Positions 1 to 11,238 are shown, numbered from the stretch's first letter. The stretch is DNA of 64,000 nt from Dehalococcoidia bacterium (GCA_963664625.1 OY761541.1:2736174-2800173); one strand, 5' to 3'. Made by a program: numbers and translations. Notes: generated from the sequence alone by a model not told the origin.

Positions 1-132
1 CCTTGTCCGGACGGTGGTGCCGGGAGAGCCGAAAAGCCCCGCCCCGCCCTCTTTTACCTGAAGCAGGATGACCAAGACTATGATGACGGAAACCAATATT
101 TGAGCGATGTTCAGATATATCCCAAAGTCCAC
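1..132 (-). CDS. secG: Preprotein translocase subunit SecG (5' part; runs off window)
   Basis: Manual translation from GTG at 132: MDFGIYLNIAQILVSVIIVLVILLQVKEGGAGLFGSPGTTVRTR; TM helix, LLQ, Gly-rich loop and RTR typical of SecG; not in ORF track. Confidence 0.85.
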   Translation of the reverse strand, partial: MDFGIYLNIAQILVSVIIVLVILLQVKEGGAGLFGSPGTTVRTR

Positions 133-183
133 GTTATACCACCCTACCACTGCTTGTGTTATCGGAATATCAGGACTAGAAGG

Positions 184-1680
184 CTACGGAGCCTGTTCAG
201 ATGCCGCCTCTCGTTTCGCGGCCAGTTCCCGGTTGACCAGTTGGTTGACCAGTTCAGGATTGGCGCTGCCGCGGGTAATTTTCATTACTTGGCCCACCAG
301 GAAACGGGCCGCCGTCTCCTTGCCTTGGATGTAGTCGTCGACTGCCTTCGGGTTGGCTTCCAACGCCTCTGCTAAGGCTTTTTCCACCGTTGACGAGTCG
401 TTGATCTGAGCATAGCCCTTGGCAGTAACTATTTTACCCGGAGAGTCGCCGCTATAGAAGCTTTCCTCAAGCACGGTCTTGGCAATGGTGGAGCTTATAT
501 TGCCGGACTGCACCAAGGCGACCAACTCGGCCAAGTGGACGGGAGTAACCCGGCAAGCGGCGATGGGCTGTTTTCCCAAGTTCAACAGCCGGCTCAAGTC
601 ACCCAGAATCCAGTTGCAGGCGTTCTTGTAGAGGTCTTGCAGTTGGTCAACGGCGGGCCGCATTTGTTTCACGGCAGACTCGAAGTAGTCGGCTACCGGC
701 TTGGATGCAGTCAGTTGGCTGGCGTCGTAGTCCGAGAGACCATATTGTTCAGAGAACCGCGCCCGGCGGGCAACAGGCAACTCCGGCAGTCGGTCCTGCA
801 GTGACGACACCCACGCCGGGTCCAGTATCAGCGGGGGCAGGTCCGGCTCCGGGAAGTAGCGGTAGTCGTGGGCGTATTCCTTGCTGCGCTGGGACACGGT
901 CACGTTCCGGTCATCGACCCAGCCGCGAGTCTCCTGGACCACCTCGCCGCCGCCGTCCAGCACCCGCCGCTGCCGCTCGACCTCGTACTGCAAGGCCAGG
1001 AAAACGTTGTGGAAGCTGTTCACGTTCTTGATTTCGGTCCGCTTGCCGTACTCGGCGCTGCCTTCGGGACGGATGCTGACGTTGGCGTCGCACCGGAAGC
1101 TGCCGTCCTGCATGTTGCCGGTAGAGACCCCCAAGTACACCAGTATGGCATGGAGGGTGGTCAAATAGGCGCGGGCCTCTTCCGGCGACGACAAGTCGGG
1201 ACGGCTGACGATCTCCATCAAGGGAACGCCGGAACGGTTCACGTCCACCAAGCTGTAAGACTCGCCGGCCTCCGAGGGCAAGTGCTGCAACTTGGCAACG
1301 TCCTCCTCCAAGTGGACGCGTTCCACGCCGATGCGGCGCACCTCTCCGTCAACCTCAATGTCCAAGCGCCCGTCCACTGCCAAGGGAAGGTCGTACTGGG
1401 ATATCTGGTAGCCCTTCATCAGGTCGGGGTACGGGTAGTTCTTGCGGTCGAACTTGGAGTACTCCGGTATCCGGCAGTTCAAGGCCAGGCCGGTCATAAC
1501 GGTGTACTCTACGGCCTTGCGGTTGATCACGGGCAAAGCGCCGGGCAGACCGAGGCAGACCGGGCAAACCAGGGTATTTACCCCTGCCGACTGGTAGTCG
1601 GCGCGGCAGGAACAGAACATCTTGCTTTGAGTAGCAAGCTGTACGTGGACTTCCAGACCTATGACTGTTTCGTACTTCAT
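184..1680 (-). CDS. gatB: Asp/Glu-tRNA amidotransferase subunit B
   Basis: [38 protein letters not shown] motifs. Confidence 0.98.
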   Translation of the reverse strand: MKYETVIGLEVHVQLATQSKMFCSCRADYQSAGVNTLVCPVCLGLPGALPVINRKAVEYTVMTGLALNCRIPEYSKFDRKNYPYPDLMKGYQISQYDLPLAVDGRLDIEVDGEVRRIGVERVHLEEDVAKLQHLPSEAGESYSLVDVNRSGVPLMEIVSRPDLSSPEEARAYLTTLHAILVYLGVSTGNMQDGSFRCDANVSIRPEGSAEYGKRTEIKNVNSFHNVFLALQYEVERQRRVLDGGGEVVQETRGWVDDRNVTVSQRSKEYAHDYRYFPEPDLPPLILDPAWVSSLQDRLPELPVARRARFSEQYGLSDYDASQLTASKPVADYFESAVKQMRPAVDQLQDLYKNACNWILGDLSRLLNLGKQPIAACRVTPVHLAELVALVQSGNISSTIAKTVLEESFYSGDSPGKIVTAKGYAQINDSSTVEKALAEALEANPKAVDDYIQGKETAARFLVGQVMKITRGSANPELVNQLVNRELAAKREAASEQAP

Positions 1681-1731
1681 GTGCTAAGAGATGCTACCAG
1701 CCGGTACATTTTCTTCTATTTGCGATTCCTA

Positions 1732-1755
1732 GATTCCCGCCTTCGCGGGAATGAC
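1732..1755. repeat. dRS3-like palindromic repeat (ATTCCC-N8-GGGAAT)
   Basis: gattcccgccttcgcgggaatgac; further copies at 8073, 8456, 22926, 41250, 59824. Confidence 0.85.
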
Positions 1756-1801
1756 GGGGAAATGTCAATAGGCCCAAGTGTTGCAACGTCGGGACACATC
1801 G

Positions 1802-2686
1802 CTATGTAATGCTTTGCAACAGTTTCTGCGCGGTTACGCCGATGTCGGCCGGGGTGGGAATGATTACGGCGCCGGCGTCCTTGAGGGCTGCCACCTTGGC
1901 CTCGGCCCGAGCGCTATCCCCGGTGATGATCGCTCCGGCGTGGCCCATTCGTTTGCCCGGCGGGGCCGTGGCGCCCACAATCAGGGCGCACAATGGCTTG
2001 TTGAAGGACTCCTTGATGTAGGCGGCGGCTTCCTGCTCCATGGTGCCGCCGATCTCCCCTATCATCACCACCATGTCCGTGTCCGGGTCTTCGTTGAACA
2101 GCCGCAGCACGTCAACGAAACTGGTGCCGATAATCGGGTCTCCGCCAATGCCCACACAACTGGACTGGCCTATGCCAAGCTCAGTCAATTGCCCCACGGC
2201 CTCGTAGGTCAGGGTGCCGCTGCGCGACACCACGCCCGTTCTGCCGTGCTTGTGGATGGCGCCCGGCATAATGCCGACCTTGCAACGGGCCCCCGGCGTG
2301 ATGAGACCGGGACAATTGGGGCCGATGAGACGCACCGGCTTGTTTTCCAAGTACCGGCTTATGCGCACCGTGTCCAGCACCGGCAGACCTTCGGTGATGC
2401 AAACGATCAAGGGCATCCCGGCGTCGGCCGCCTCGGCGATAGCGTCGGCTGCGAAGGGCGGCGGCACAAAAATAAGGGACACGTTGGCGCCGGTGGCCTG
2501 TACCGCTTCTTCCATTGAATCGAAGATCGGGACTTCATCCTCGAACCGTTGCCCGCCGCGACCGGGAGTGACCCCGGCGACCACGTTGGCGCCGTATAGC
2601 CTGCAAGCGGAAGCATGGAAGCTCCCTTCTCGTCCGGTGATGCCCTGCACCACTATTCGAGAGTTTTCGTTCACCAGAATGCCCAT
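1802..2686 (-). CDS. sucD: Succinyl-CoA synthetase alpha subunit
   Basis: [25 protein letters not shown] phospho-His motif. Confidence 0.98.
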   Translation of the reverse strand: MGILVNENSRIVVQGITGREGSFHASACRLYGANVVAGVTPGRGGQRFEDEVPIFDSMEEAVQATGANVSLIFVPPPFAADAIAEAADAGMPLIVCITEGLPVLDTVRISRYLENKPVRLIGPNCPGLITPGARCKVGIMPGAIHKHGRTGVVSRSGTLTYEAVGQLTELGIGQSSCVGIGGDPIIGTSFVDVLRLFNEDPDTDMVVMIGEIGGTMEQEAAAYIKESFNKPLCALIVGATAPPGKRMGHAGAIITGDSARAEAKVAALKDAGAVIIPTPADIGVTAQKLLQSIT

Positions 2687-2783
2687 TCAAGTCCGTTCCT
2701 TGGAGAGTAGTTGCCCCGGAAAGTCTCTACCTCACCCTTTCCTTGGTCCTTGGAATATGTGAAAAGCGTAGTTAAGTCCAAGT

Positions 2784-3938
2784 TCAACGGGACTGCCGGA
2801 TGGCATCAGCCGCTTCCGACAGAGTGTTGGCGAAAGTGACCTGCAACCCCGATTCCTGCAATATGCTGCGGCCCTCTTCGGCGTTGGTGCCCAGTAGACG
2901 CACGACCAATGGAAGGTTGGAACCCATTTGCCTGTACGCCAGAACGACCCCCCTGGCGGCCACGTCGCACCGGAGTATGCCGCCGAAGATGTTGACCAGT
3001 ACCCGCGTGACCTTGGGATCGGAGAGTATGATCGAGACCGCGTTGGCTACCTTTTCGTCGGTTGCGCCTCCGCCAACGTCCAGAAAGTTGGCCGGAGCGG
3101 CTCCGGCGGCGTTAGTCACGTCCAGAGTAGCCATCGCCAAGCCGGCCCCATTGACCAAGCAGCCCACTTCGCCATCCAGATTGACGTAGGCTATGTCCAT
3201 ATCGGCGGCTCGGACTTCCAGTTCGTCTTCCTGGCTCCTGTCCCGCAATTCAAGGAGGTCCCGGTGCCGGAACAGCGAGTCGTCGTCAAGGTTGATCTTG
3301 GCATCCAGCGCCACCAAGTCTCCTTCGCCGGTGACGATCAAGGGGTTAATTTCCACCAGCGAACAATCGTTGTCGGCGAATATGCGGTACAGGTTGCCCA
3401 TGACGCCGGCGCAGGCTTGGGCTTGGGGGCCTTCCAAGCCCAGCTTGGCGGTCAGGCGGCGGGCTTGAAAGGGCATGAAGCCCATGACAGGGTCGATAAC
3501 TTCGCTGTGTATGTCCTGGGGCCTGGTGGCGGCCACCTCCTCGATGTCCATGCCGCCGGCCGGGCTGGCGAGAAGGACAGGACTTCGGGCAACCCGGTCG
3601 ATGGTGATGGCGATATATAACTCGCGCGATATGTCTGCTAATTCTTCAACCAGAACGTGGTGCACAGGGGCCCCTTCCGGCCCCGTCTGGGGGGTGACGA
3701 GACGTTTGGCCAGGATTTCGTCGGCGACTTGATGGGCTTCGTCAGGGGAGTTGACCACCTTGACCCCGCCGCCGTGGCCCCGGCCCCCGGCGTGGATCTG
3801 CGCTTTCAACACGGCGCGCCCGTCGAAGTCCGCCGCGGCTTTCCGGGCCTCTTCGCCGCTGGCCGCCAAGCGGCTTTGCGGGACCGCAATGCCGTAGCGG
3901 GCGAAGATTTCCTTGGCTTGGTATTCGTGGATCCTCAT
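2784..3938 (-). CDS. sucC: Succinyl-CoA synthetase beta subunit
   Basis: MRIHEYQAKE, KAQIHAGGRG, NGAGLAMAT, NFLDVGGGA. Confidence 0.98.
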   Translation of the reverse strand: MRIHEYQAKEIFARYGIAVPQSRLAASGEEARKAAADFDGRAVLKAQIHAGGRGHGGGVKVVNSPDEAHQVADEILAKRLVTPQTGPEGAPVHHVLVEELADISRELYIAITIDRVARSPVLLASPAGGMDIEEVAATRPQDIHSEVIDPVMGFMPFQARRLTAKLGLEGPQAQACAGVMGNLYRIFADNDCSLVEINPLIVTGEGDLVALDAKINLDDDSLFRHRDLLELRDRSQEDELEVRAADMDIAYVNLDGEVGCLVNGAGLAMATLDVTNAAGAAPANFLDVGGGATDEKVANAVSIILSDPKVTRVLVNIFGGILRCDVAARGVVLAYRQMGSNLPLVVRLLGTNAEEGRSILQESGLQVTFANTLSEAADAIRQSR

Positions 3939-4170
3939 TAGGCGCTCCTGGTTTGTCCCTTGCCTATAACCGTGTTCGCCACAACGGCCAAGCCCCTGCG
4001 CGCGGCATATTTCCGTGTACGTTGGGAGACGAATCCAATTTATTGGATTTTGCCCTACTCGTCAAATGAGTTGCGGCCTCCGGGGGTGGACAACAACGCG
4101 GCGAGGGCCGGATAATCCAAGACTGAAGGGTAAGTTCGGGGCTACGCAAATCGCATTATGGAGGAATATC

Positions 4171-5034
4171 ATGGCCGAAAAAGTTCGTTACAGCAGGGTT
4201 GTGGACTTACTGGAACAAGGCCGCCCGGTGTTCTGCTCCGGGCTGGTGTGGAACGGCAATTTGGACGACATAACGTTCATTGCCGATTCGGAATACGACA
4301 TGGTGATAGTGGAGATGGAGCACGAGGGGTTGAGTTTCAACAACCTGCGCACCTCGCTACAGTTCCTGTTGAACCGCAAACGCATAACGGAAGGGGACAG
4401 CCTTCAGGCCAGTCCAACTCCGTTCGTGCGGATACCTCCCAACTCCAGAGAGCAAAGCCAGTGGGTGATAAAGCAGACCCTGGACACCGGAGTTTACGGG
4501 CTGGTGCTGCCCCACTTGAACACGGTGGAAGAAGCGAAAGCGGCCGTGGTGGCGGCGCGGTATCCGCAGGTGCCGGGCGCGGCGGACTTCGAGCCGCAAG
4601 GGGAAAGGGGTTGGTGGCAGCGTATCGCCCCGCGTTACTGGGGATTGAGCGCGCAAGAGTATTACGACGCGTCGGACTTGTGGCCGCTGGACCCCGACGG
4701 GAACATGATGTTGATGGGTATCGTGGAGGAGCCGGAGGGGGTGAAGAACCTCCCGGACATTCTGCGAGAGGTGAAAGGGATAGGTGCCATCTGGGCCGGC
4801 CCCGGCGACATGTCGGTATCCATGGGGCACCGGGGAAATTCCAACCACCCGGAGGTCCAGGAGAACCTGTTGCGGATTCTCCGGACCTGCCAGGATGCTG
4901 GGGTGCCCTGCGCCACCGGGGCGACTGCCGAAGAGGTGCCGATGCGATTGGAGCAGGGCTTTCGCATCATCATCACCTCCCCAGTCAAGTCGAATCCGGG
5001 ACTGGATGAGGGCCGGCGAATCAGCGGGCGTTAG
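4171..5034 (+). CDS. HpcH/HpaI aldolase family protein
   Basis: EMEH, PFVRIP, LDTGVYGLVLPH, GPGDMS motifs; SD ggagg before ATG 4171. Confidence 0.85.
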   Translation: MAEKVRYSRVVDLLEQGRPVFCSGLVWNGNLDDITFIADSEYDMVIVEMEHEGLSFNNLRTSLQFLLNRKRITEGDSLQASPTPFVRIPPNSREQSQWVIKQTLDTGVYGLVLPHLNTVEEAKAAVVAARYPQVPGAADFEPQGERGWWQRIAPRYWGLSAQEYYDASDLWPLDPDGNMMLMGIVEEPEGVKNLPDILREVKGIGAIWAGPGDMSVSMGHRGNSNHPEVQENLLRILRTCQDAGVPCATGATAEEVPMRLEQGFRIIITSPVKSNPGLDEGRRISGR

Positions 5035-5039
5035 TGCGG

Positions 5040-5999
5040 CTACTCATCGGTCAGTTCAAGCTGTCCCGGAGGCTCCTGCAGGTACTTGAAGATGTCCGCC
5101 TCCGAGGACAGGACGACGGTGGTCTGGGGGTTCATGAACTTGGGGTAGGCCTCCAGGGTACGGCGGAAGGCGAAGAACTCCGGGTCCCTGTTGAGGGCGT
5201 CGGCCAGAATGCTGATGGCTTCAGCCTCCCCGCGGCCCCGGATTTCGTTGCTTTCCTGCTCGGCCTCGGCCAGGATGATTTCCCGGTTCTTGTTGGCCTC
5301 GGCGCGGATTCTCAGGTCCTGCTCGTCACCCTCGGAACGCAGCCTGGTAGCGATTTTGTTACGCTCGGCGCGCATCCGGTTGAAGATGGTCTCCTGCACC
5401 CGGTCCGAGAAGTCGGCCCGTTTCAGCCGGACGTCGATCACCTGGATTCCGAAGTCGCCTTCCTCGACTCTCTTTTGAACGGCGTCGAAGACTATATCCA
5501 GCAACTCGGTCCTGGACTCGGTGGACTCGATGCGGGGCAGGCCTTCCTCATCGGTCAACTGTTCCCCGCTGATCGGGTCCAGAAGCGGCTTTGCACCGAT
5601 GATCTCGGTCCTCTGCCTCACTGCAATTTCGTCGCGCAAGCTGGATGTTACGACGTCCCCGATCCTCGTGGCTGCCGTGTTCTCGTTCTGGAGGGTCTTG
5701 AAGAACTTGAGCGGGTCCACTATCTGGTACCGGGCGTAAGAGTCGATGGTCAGGTTCTGCTTGTCGATGTCAGGCATGGACACCGGCTGAGCGTCGATTC
5801 GCAGCACCCGGCGGTCGAACCGGAGAGCAGTGTCGGCGAAGGGGGCCTTGATGTACAAGCCGGGCGTTTTCGCCACGGTCCTGGGGTCTCCGAACCGGGT
5901 GACCAGCACCTGCTCCGTCACGTCGACGACGTACAGAGACTGCGAAATGAGGATGAGGGCGACCACTACCACTACACCGATGATGGCTAAGTTTCTCAT
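5040..5999 (-). CDS. hflC: FtsH protease modulator HflC (SPFH)
   Basis: N-terminal TM, IFNRMRAER, DPEFFAFRRTLEAY; follows hflK. Confidence 0.92.
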   Translation of the reverse strand: MRNLAIIGVVVVVALILISQSLYVVDVTEQVLVTRFGDPRTVAKTPGLYIKAPFADTALRFDRRVLRIDAQPVSMPDIDKQNLTIDSYARYQIVDPLKFFKTLQNENTAATRIGDVVTSSLRDEIAVRQRTEIIGAKPLLDPISGEQLTDEEGLPRIESTESRTELLDIVFDAVQKRVEEGDFGIQVIDVRLKRADFSDRVQETIFNRMRAERNKIATRLRSEGDEQDLRIRAEANKNREIILAEAEQESNEIRGRGEAEAISILADALNRDPEFFAFRRTLEAYPKFMNPQTTVVLSSEADIFKYLQEPPGQLELTDE

Positions 6000-6029
6000 A
6001 TCAGGACTCCTGAGCCTCTACAGGTAAGT

Positions 6030-7748
6030 CTACGGGGAGGGCCTGGGACCCAGCGGCACCGGGGTCACCTCGCCCCTGCCTCCCAAGAGCAGCACCGATT
6101 CCGTGTCCGGTGAGACGATAATCTTGTTGACGTTGGGGAGGATGCCTTCGATGGCTTCCAAGTAAAGCCTTTGCTGGGTTACTTCGCTGGTCGCCGGTAT
6201 CGTAAGGTCCTCTTTGTTCAAGTACTGAACGGTGAACACGTCTCCCGGTCCCACGGAGGCGCCTTCGCTGACTTCGAACCTGGCAATGTTGGTGTAAGGG
6301 TCGAAATCCGAAACGCGAATACCTGCTTGAGCGCCGTTCGGGCCGGTTACGATGGTAATGTCGGACGCGTTGACGCCGGTGGACATGTCGTCGTCCCGGT
6401 CGCTGTTGTTGGTGTCCAGAACGGAATTTCCAAGCCTGACCTCAAAGGGGCCGGACCCTGCCAAGTCCGGTATCCTTATGCTCTCGTTCCCCAAGTAGGC
6501 TATGGCGAACCGCTCGCCGGTGACCGGTTCGCCCACCCTGGCTTGGAAGGAAACGTTGAAAGCGCACCTGCTTGCCCCGTCCCCGGCAGCCAGCAATTCA
6601 GCCTCGGAGAAGACACAGTCCGCGAGGGTACCGGTGTTTGCCCCTATGACGGACAAGGAGTCCACCAGGATATCGAACCCGTCGTCGTTGGTCTGCCTGC
6701 CGTCAACCACCATGACGTCGGCCAACCCTATACCGGTAGTGGAGTCACCGTCGCCGTCGGCGTTGTTGGTGTCCTGAAGCTCGTGGCGCAACTGGATGGA
6801 GTGGTCACGGAACGCGTCAAGCACTGAAATGAACCGGCCCGCTTCACCCTGTGCCCTCGCCACGCGGGCCAACCTGAACGCTTCAGCTTCCCGCTTGATT
6901 CTCTCCGCATCACCCTGGGCCCTGGGTATGATGCTGTTCTCGTAGGTGCGGGCCTCGTTGATCCTGGTCTCCTTTTCCTGGCGGGCGCGGAGCACGTCTT
7001 CAAAGGCCTCGAAGACTTCTTCAGGCGCTTGCGTCTTCAGCAACTGCACGCTGAGGATGTTGATGCCGGACTCGTAACTATCAAGAAACTCTTGCAGACG
7101 TTCCTTAGTCTCCGATTCCACTTCGGTACGCTGCTCGGTCAGCACGTCCTCAATGGTGCGCTGCCCCACCACGAGCCTTATAGCGGCTTCGGCGGCGTCT
7201 TTCAAAGTACGCCCGTCGGGTTGACCGGGAGGGATGTTCCGGTCCAGTTCGCCGGGATCGTCCACCCTGAACAGGTAGCCCGCAATGTCCTTAATGTTGT
7301 ATTGGACTACCATCTGCACGTCGACGATATTGAGGTCGCCGCTGATCATCAGGCCTTCCACCGCCACGCCTTCGGCAGACCCAGTACGGAAGCCCAACTC
7401 CATGCGGCGGGTTTCCGTGACTTTCACGCGGTCCTTTTTGCCGACGGGGCTGGGCCACCACCAATGAAGTCCGGTCTGGGTAACGATGCCGGCGTTCTGG
7501 GTACATGGCCCGAAAATTTCCCCGCAGATGGCACCGAACCGGCGTTGGGCCGTCTGTTCACCGGGGCCGAGCCGGTAGATGCCGGTGGCAATCCATACGA
7601 CTACTATCAGGCCGATGCCCAAGAGAATAACCCCCCAGATGCCGCCGCCGCCCAACCGGCCGCCGATTCTGCCGAGGTTGTTCCTGAGCCCTCCGATAAT
7701 CTGGTCGAAGTCTACCTCCGGTTGCCTGGGTCCTCCTGGTGGATACAT
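6030..7748 (-). CDS. hflK: FtsH protease modulator HflK with large C-proximal insertion
   Basis: GLHWWWPSP, MISGDLNIVDV, AQGEAGRF, EVTQQRLYLE; 572 aa, about 200 aa longer than usual. Confidence 0.9.
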   Translation of the reverse strand: MYPPGGPRQPEVDFDQIIGGLRNNLGRIGGRLGGGGIWGVILLGIGLIVVVWIATGIYRLGPGEQTAQRRFGAICGEIFGPCTQNAGIVTQTGLHWWWPSPVGKKDRVKVTETRRMELGFRTGSAEGVAVEGLMISGDLNIVDVQMVVQYNIKDIAGYLFRVDDPGELDRNIPPGQPDGRTLKDAAEAAIRLVVGQRTIEDVLTEQRTEVESETKERLQEFLDSYESGINILSVQLLKTQAPEEVFEAFEDVLRARQEKETRINEARTYENSIIPRAQGDAERIKREAEAFRLARVARAQGEAGRFISVLDAFRDHSIQLRHELQDTNNADGDGDSTTGIGLADVMVVDGRQTNDDGFDILVDSLSVIGANTGTLADCVFSEAELLAAGDGASRCAFNVSFQARVGEPVTGERFAIAYLGNESIRIPDLAGSGPFEVRLGNSVLDTNNSDRDDDMSTGVNASDITIVTGPNGAQAGIRVSDFDPYTNIARFEVSEGASVGPGDVFTVQYLNKEDLTIPATSEVTQQRLYLEAIEGILPNVNKIIVSPDTESVLLLGGRGEVTPVPLGPRPSP

Positions 7749-7791
7749 AGCAGAGCTTCCTTACCTCGTGGTTGATTAGATGCAAGGCCTT

Positions 7792-8005
7792 GTAGGGGCT
7801 GGGCTTCGGGCGACCACAAGGGTCGCCCCTACCGTAGCGGGCAGCCCTTGTGGCTGCCCGCGATCCCTACAGAATTGATTCTACCATTTTCGACCCCTGA
7901 TTATAATGAGGGCGACCACGTAGGGGCATCCCTTGTGGGCGCCCTTTCCTTGCCCTGGGGCAACCAATAGGTCATATACAGGCAGTCACCGGTTGCCCCC
8001 CCTAC
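7792..8005. repeat. Cluster of GTAG-type REP-like palindromes
   Basis: gtaggggc...gggcgaccacaagggtcgcccctac, gtagcgggcagcccttgtggctgcccg, gtaggggcatcccttgtgggcgccct; related ggcaaccaatagg...ccggttgcccc unit recurs at about 59768-59810. Confidence 0.75.
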
Positions 8006-8072
8006 GGGCAAGGCTTGTCCCTGCCCTAATCAACGGTCTGAATCACATAAATCAGTGGTCCTACGCGCGTAT

Positions 8073-8097
8073 GGATTCCCGCCTTCGCGGGAATGAC
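8073..8097. repeat. dRS3-like palindromic repeat
   Basis: ggattcccgccttcgcgggaatgac. Confidence 0.85.
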
Positions 8098-8161
8098 ATG
8101 TTGGGTACTGTGACGAGTTTTGAGATAATTTCTTATACCATTTCGGAGGAGGTTTGTACCG

Positions 8162-8431
8162 ATGGCTGAGACCGGATTGACCGTGACGCCGAGCGACGGA
8201 ATGACCCGCATCCAAGCTACTTGCGAACATCAGAGCGGGCTGATCTACGTGGTGCCTGCACAACGGAGTTGGGTGTGCTCCCAAGAGATGATGCCCGCCC
8301 ACGCACTGGCCGGTTTTTTTCGCGAGTTGATCGCGTTGAAGCAGCCGTCGGTACAGGAACTGATGCAGGACTGGGGCATATACTACCGGCAGTTGCCCAT
8401 CGTGGCGGAAGAAGGCTCGAACTCCGCGTAA
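8162..8431 (+). CDS. Hypothetical protein (89 aa)
   Basis: Strong SD ggaggagg upstream, protein-like composition, lies between ftsH and hflK on the opposite strand. Confidence 0.75.
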   Translation: MAETGLTVTPSDGMTRIQATCEHQSGLIYVVPAQRSWVCSQEMMPAHALAGFFRELIALKQPSVQELMQDWGIYYRQLPIVAEEGSNSA

Positions 8432-8455
8432 ACAGGAATTCGCGCCCTCCTTCCC

Positions 8456-8480
8456 GTCATTCCCGCGTAGGCGGGAATCC
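8456..8480. repeat. dRS3-like palindromic repeat (inverted relative to 8073 copy)
   Basis: gtcattcccgcgtaggcgggaatcc. Confidence 0.85.
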
Positions 8481-8538
8481 CGCCGGGGGCAGGCGTTCAC
8501 GGTACCGATTACCTGCGATGAGTCAAGGGAAGTCGGAG

Positions 8539-10524
8539 TCAACCGTCGGAGTCGCCCGAAACCGGCAGCGGCCCGCTGCTGCTGGAAAGCGTCGGCGCAG
8601 GCTGAGTCACAGGGGCTTGGGGCGGCGCCGGTGAGTACGGGGGAGCATTAGGCGGGATGGCCGGTGTTCCCGGGCCCGGGTCCTGTCCGAGTTCTCCTTC
8701 GTCGATCAACCGGGCAAGATTGTCCCCGTTTATGGTCTCGTGTTCTATCAGGTACTCGGAAAGCTGCACCAGCTTGGGCTTGTGGGTAATCAGGAGGTCC
8801 TGGGCCACTTGGTAGGCCCCGTTGACAAGCACCTTAACCTCGTCGTCTATTTCCTCGGCGACCTTGTCTCCATAGTCCCGTTCCTCGCTGATCTCCCGCC
8901 CCAGGAACACCAGTTCCTGCACCTTGCCGAAGGTCCGTGGGCCGAGGGAGGAACTCATGCCGTACCGCTTGATCATGCTGAGGGCCACCTTGGTTGCCCG
9001 CTCCAGGTCATTGCTGGCGCCGGTGGTGACCTCGTCGAAAATCAACTCTTCGGCCACCCGGCCGCCCATGGTCACCGAGAGCATGTCGCGGAACTGGTTC
9101 TTGGTCCACAGGTAGCGGTCTTCGTCGGGCAACAACGAAGTGTGACCGCCCATGTTGCCTCGAGACACTATCGAGATTTTGTGCACCCGGTCGGCGTGGG
9201 GCAGCATGTGGGCTACCAGGGCGTGGCCGGCCTCGTGGTAGGCGGTCATCTCCTTTTCCCGCGAACTGATGACCCTGCTCTTGCGCTCCGGCCCGGCGAT
9301 GATACGCTCCACTGCTTCTTCGAACTCGGTCATCTGGATAGTCTTCTTGTTGGCCCGAGCAGTGAGGATGGCCGCCTCGTTCACCAGGTTGGCAAGGTCT
9401 GCCCCGCTGAATCCGGGGGTTTCCTTGGCCAGGCTGTCCATTGAGATTTCCGGCGACAGCGGCTTGCCGGCGGAATGGACCTTCAGGATTGCCGTTCGGC
9501 CCTTGATGTCGGGTAGGTCGAGGGTTACCCTCCGGTCGAAGCGTCCCGGCCGGAGCAAAGCCGGGTCCAGAATATCCGGCCTGTTGGTGGCGGCCAGCAC
9601 TATGATGTTGTTGTTGGTCTCGAACCCGTCCATTTCCACCAGGATCTGGTTCAGGGTCTGCTCGCGCTCGTCATGGCCGCCGCCCAGGCCCGCACCGCGG
9701 TGACGTCCTACTGCGTCGATTTCGTCGACGAACACTATACAGGGAGAATTTCGCTTGGCTTGGTCGAAGAGGTCCCGGACCCTGGCCGCACCCACGCCAA
9801 CGAACATCTCAACAAATTCGCTGCCGCTGATGTGGAAGAACGGCACGCCCGCTTCTCCGGCTACCGCCCGGGCCAGCAGGGTTTTCCCGGTCCCGGGCTG
9901 GCCTACCAGAAGCACTCCCTTGGGTATCTTGGCTCCCAGCGACAAGAACCGTTCCGGGTACTTCAGGAACTCCACCACTTCTTGCAACTCGGCTTTAGCC
10001 TCGTCCACGCCCGCAACGTCGGTAAAGGTAACTGTGGGGCGGTTGAAGGGCATCATGCGCGCCCGGCTGCGCCCGAAACTCAGGGTCTGGTTATTGCTTC
10101 CCTGGGCTTGCCGCATCATGAACAAGATGAGGCCGCCGAAGAATATCAGTGGGAGGAAGTTGATCAGCAGTCCAAAGAAGCTTCCAAGTCCTCCCCCGCC
10201 TTTGTAGTTAACCGTAACCCCGTTGGGCGGGCCAACCGCGACGCCGCTTTCCGTCAGGAGGGTCATCACATCGGTATTGGCGCCGACGCGGCTGGTGAAA
10301 CGGTCGGCGCCGACCCTGCTGTCAGGCTCGGGGACGACGGTAAGTTTTTTGCCGTCGGCGATAATCTCGCGGATCTCGTTGTTCTTGGCCATCGATATGA
10401 CGGTCGTTACGGGTAACTCGTTACCGCCGCCGATACCGGGCAACAGTGTATAGAAGATGACGATAACGCCAATGATGACCAGCAGGTAAACGAAGCTATT
10501 TCTCAGCCACCGATTGCTTCCCAT
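8539..10524 (-). CDS. ftsH: ATP-dependent zinc metalloprotease FtsH
   Basis: Two TMs, [36 protein letters not shown]. Confidence 0.98.
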   Translation of the reverse strand: MGSNRWLRNSFVYLLVIIGVIVIFYTLLPGIGGGNELPVTTVISMAKNNEIREIIADGKKLTVVPEPDSRVGADRFTSRVGANTDVMTLLTESGVAVGPPNGVTVNYKGGGGLGSFFGLLINFLPLIFFGGLILFMMRQAQGSNNQTLSFGRSRARMMPFNRPTVTFTDVAGVDEAKAELQEVVEFLKYPERFLSLGAKIPKGVLLVGQPGTGKTLLARAVAGEAGVPFFHISGSEFVEMFVGVGAARVRDLFDQAKRNSPCIVFVDEIDAVGRHRGAGLGGGHDEREQTLNQILVEMDGFETNNNIIVLAATNRPDILDPALLRPGRFDRRVTLDLPDIKGRTAILKVHSAGKPLSPEISMDSLAKETPGFSGADLANLVNEAAILTARANKKTIQMTEFEEAVERIIAGPERKSRVISSREKEMTAYHEAGHALVAHMLPHADRVHKISIVSRGNMGGHTSLLPDEDRYLWTKNQFRDMLSVTMGGRVAEELIFDEVTTGASNDLERATKVALSMIKRYGMSSSLGPRTFGKVQELVFLGREISEERDYGDKVAEEIDDEVKVLVNGAYQVAQDLLITHKPKLVQLSEYLIEHETINGDNLARLIDEGELGQDPGPGTPAIPPNAPPYSPAPPQAPVTQPAPTLSSSSGPLPVSGDSDG

Positions 10525-10845
10525 TCCAGCCTCTTGAGGTTTCTATCCCAAAGACCTTTTCCGGATTGTCGAGTAGTCAGTACGATGATAATAGACAAGT
10601 AGACAAAATGCAAAACACGATGGGACTAATCGACCCCATCGAAGGAATGTTACGAACACGATTGGTGAGTTTACAAGGGAATACGGATACGAATGTCGTT
10701 GACTATCGAGGCTTCGTATCCGTAGCTGGTTACGCGAGCGAAACAAGGCCTTTCAGTTACCGCGCCGGGACCTCTAGTCAACCGGAGACCGCCGTCGATA
10801 AATGGAAGGCCTTGCCGTATGCCGCCATTGGTCAAGCCGCGCCTG

Positions 10846-11229
10846 CTACCAGTGCCAGATGGAATCGTGCGAATCGTAAAGATCCGCGACCTCGTTCCGG
10901 CTGATCACCTTCAATCCATCTGCCAGTTCATCCTGGCTGATGCCGCGGTCCTCAAGGTCTTCTTTGACCGCGTAGGTTGGCACATCGGCGGAGATGAGGT
11001 TGACGATGTCTTGGTCCAGAGTTGGCGGCACGTCCAAAGCGACCGACCCAAAGGTCAGTCCGCTGGCATCCTGCCCCATAACGGCGTAGTTCACCGCGTT
11101 GCCCCGCAGCAGGATCGAGATGTCGGCGCCGGCGTTCTTGAACATGTGACTGGCCCACAGGATGGTGTCATCCTGCTCTTCGATGGTCCCGTGATATGCG
11201 CGTTCTACAATGGACAAAATCTTAGCCAC
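10846..11229 (-). CDS. DsrE/DsrF-like family protein
   Basis: ERAYHG, ISILLRGNAV, EDLEDRGI pattern; third gene of trio. Confidence 0.75.
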   Translation of the reverse strand: MAKILSIVERAYHGTIEEQDDTILWASHMFKNAGADISILLRGNAVNYAVMGQDASGLTFGSVALDVPPTLDQDIVNLISADVPTYAVKEDLEDRGISQDELADGLKVISRNEVADLYDSHDSIWHW

Positions 11230-11238
11230 GGCGGCCTC

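Noticed and set aside
6189-6803. Intein in HflK
   Set aside because: No Cys/Ser start with His-Asn end and no LAGLIDADG motifs; the insert is a tandem repeat
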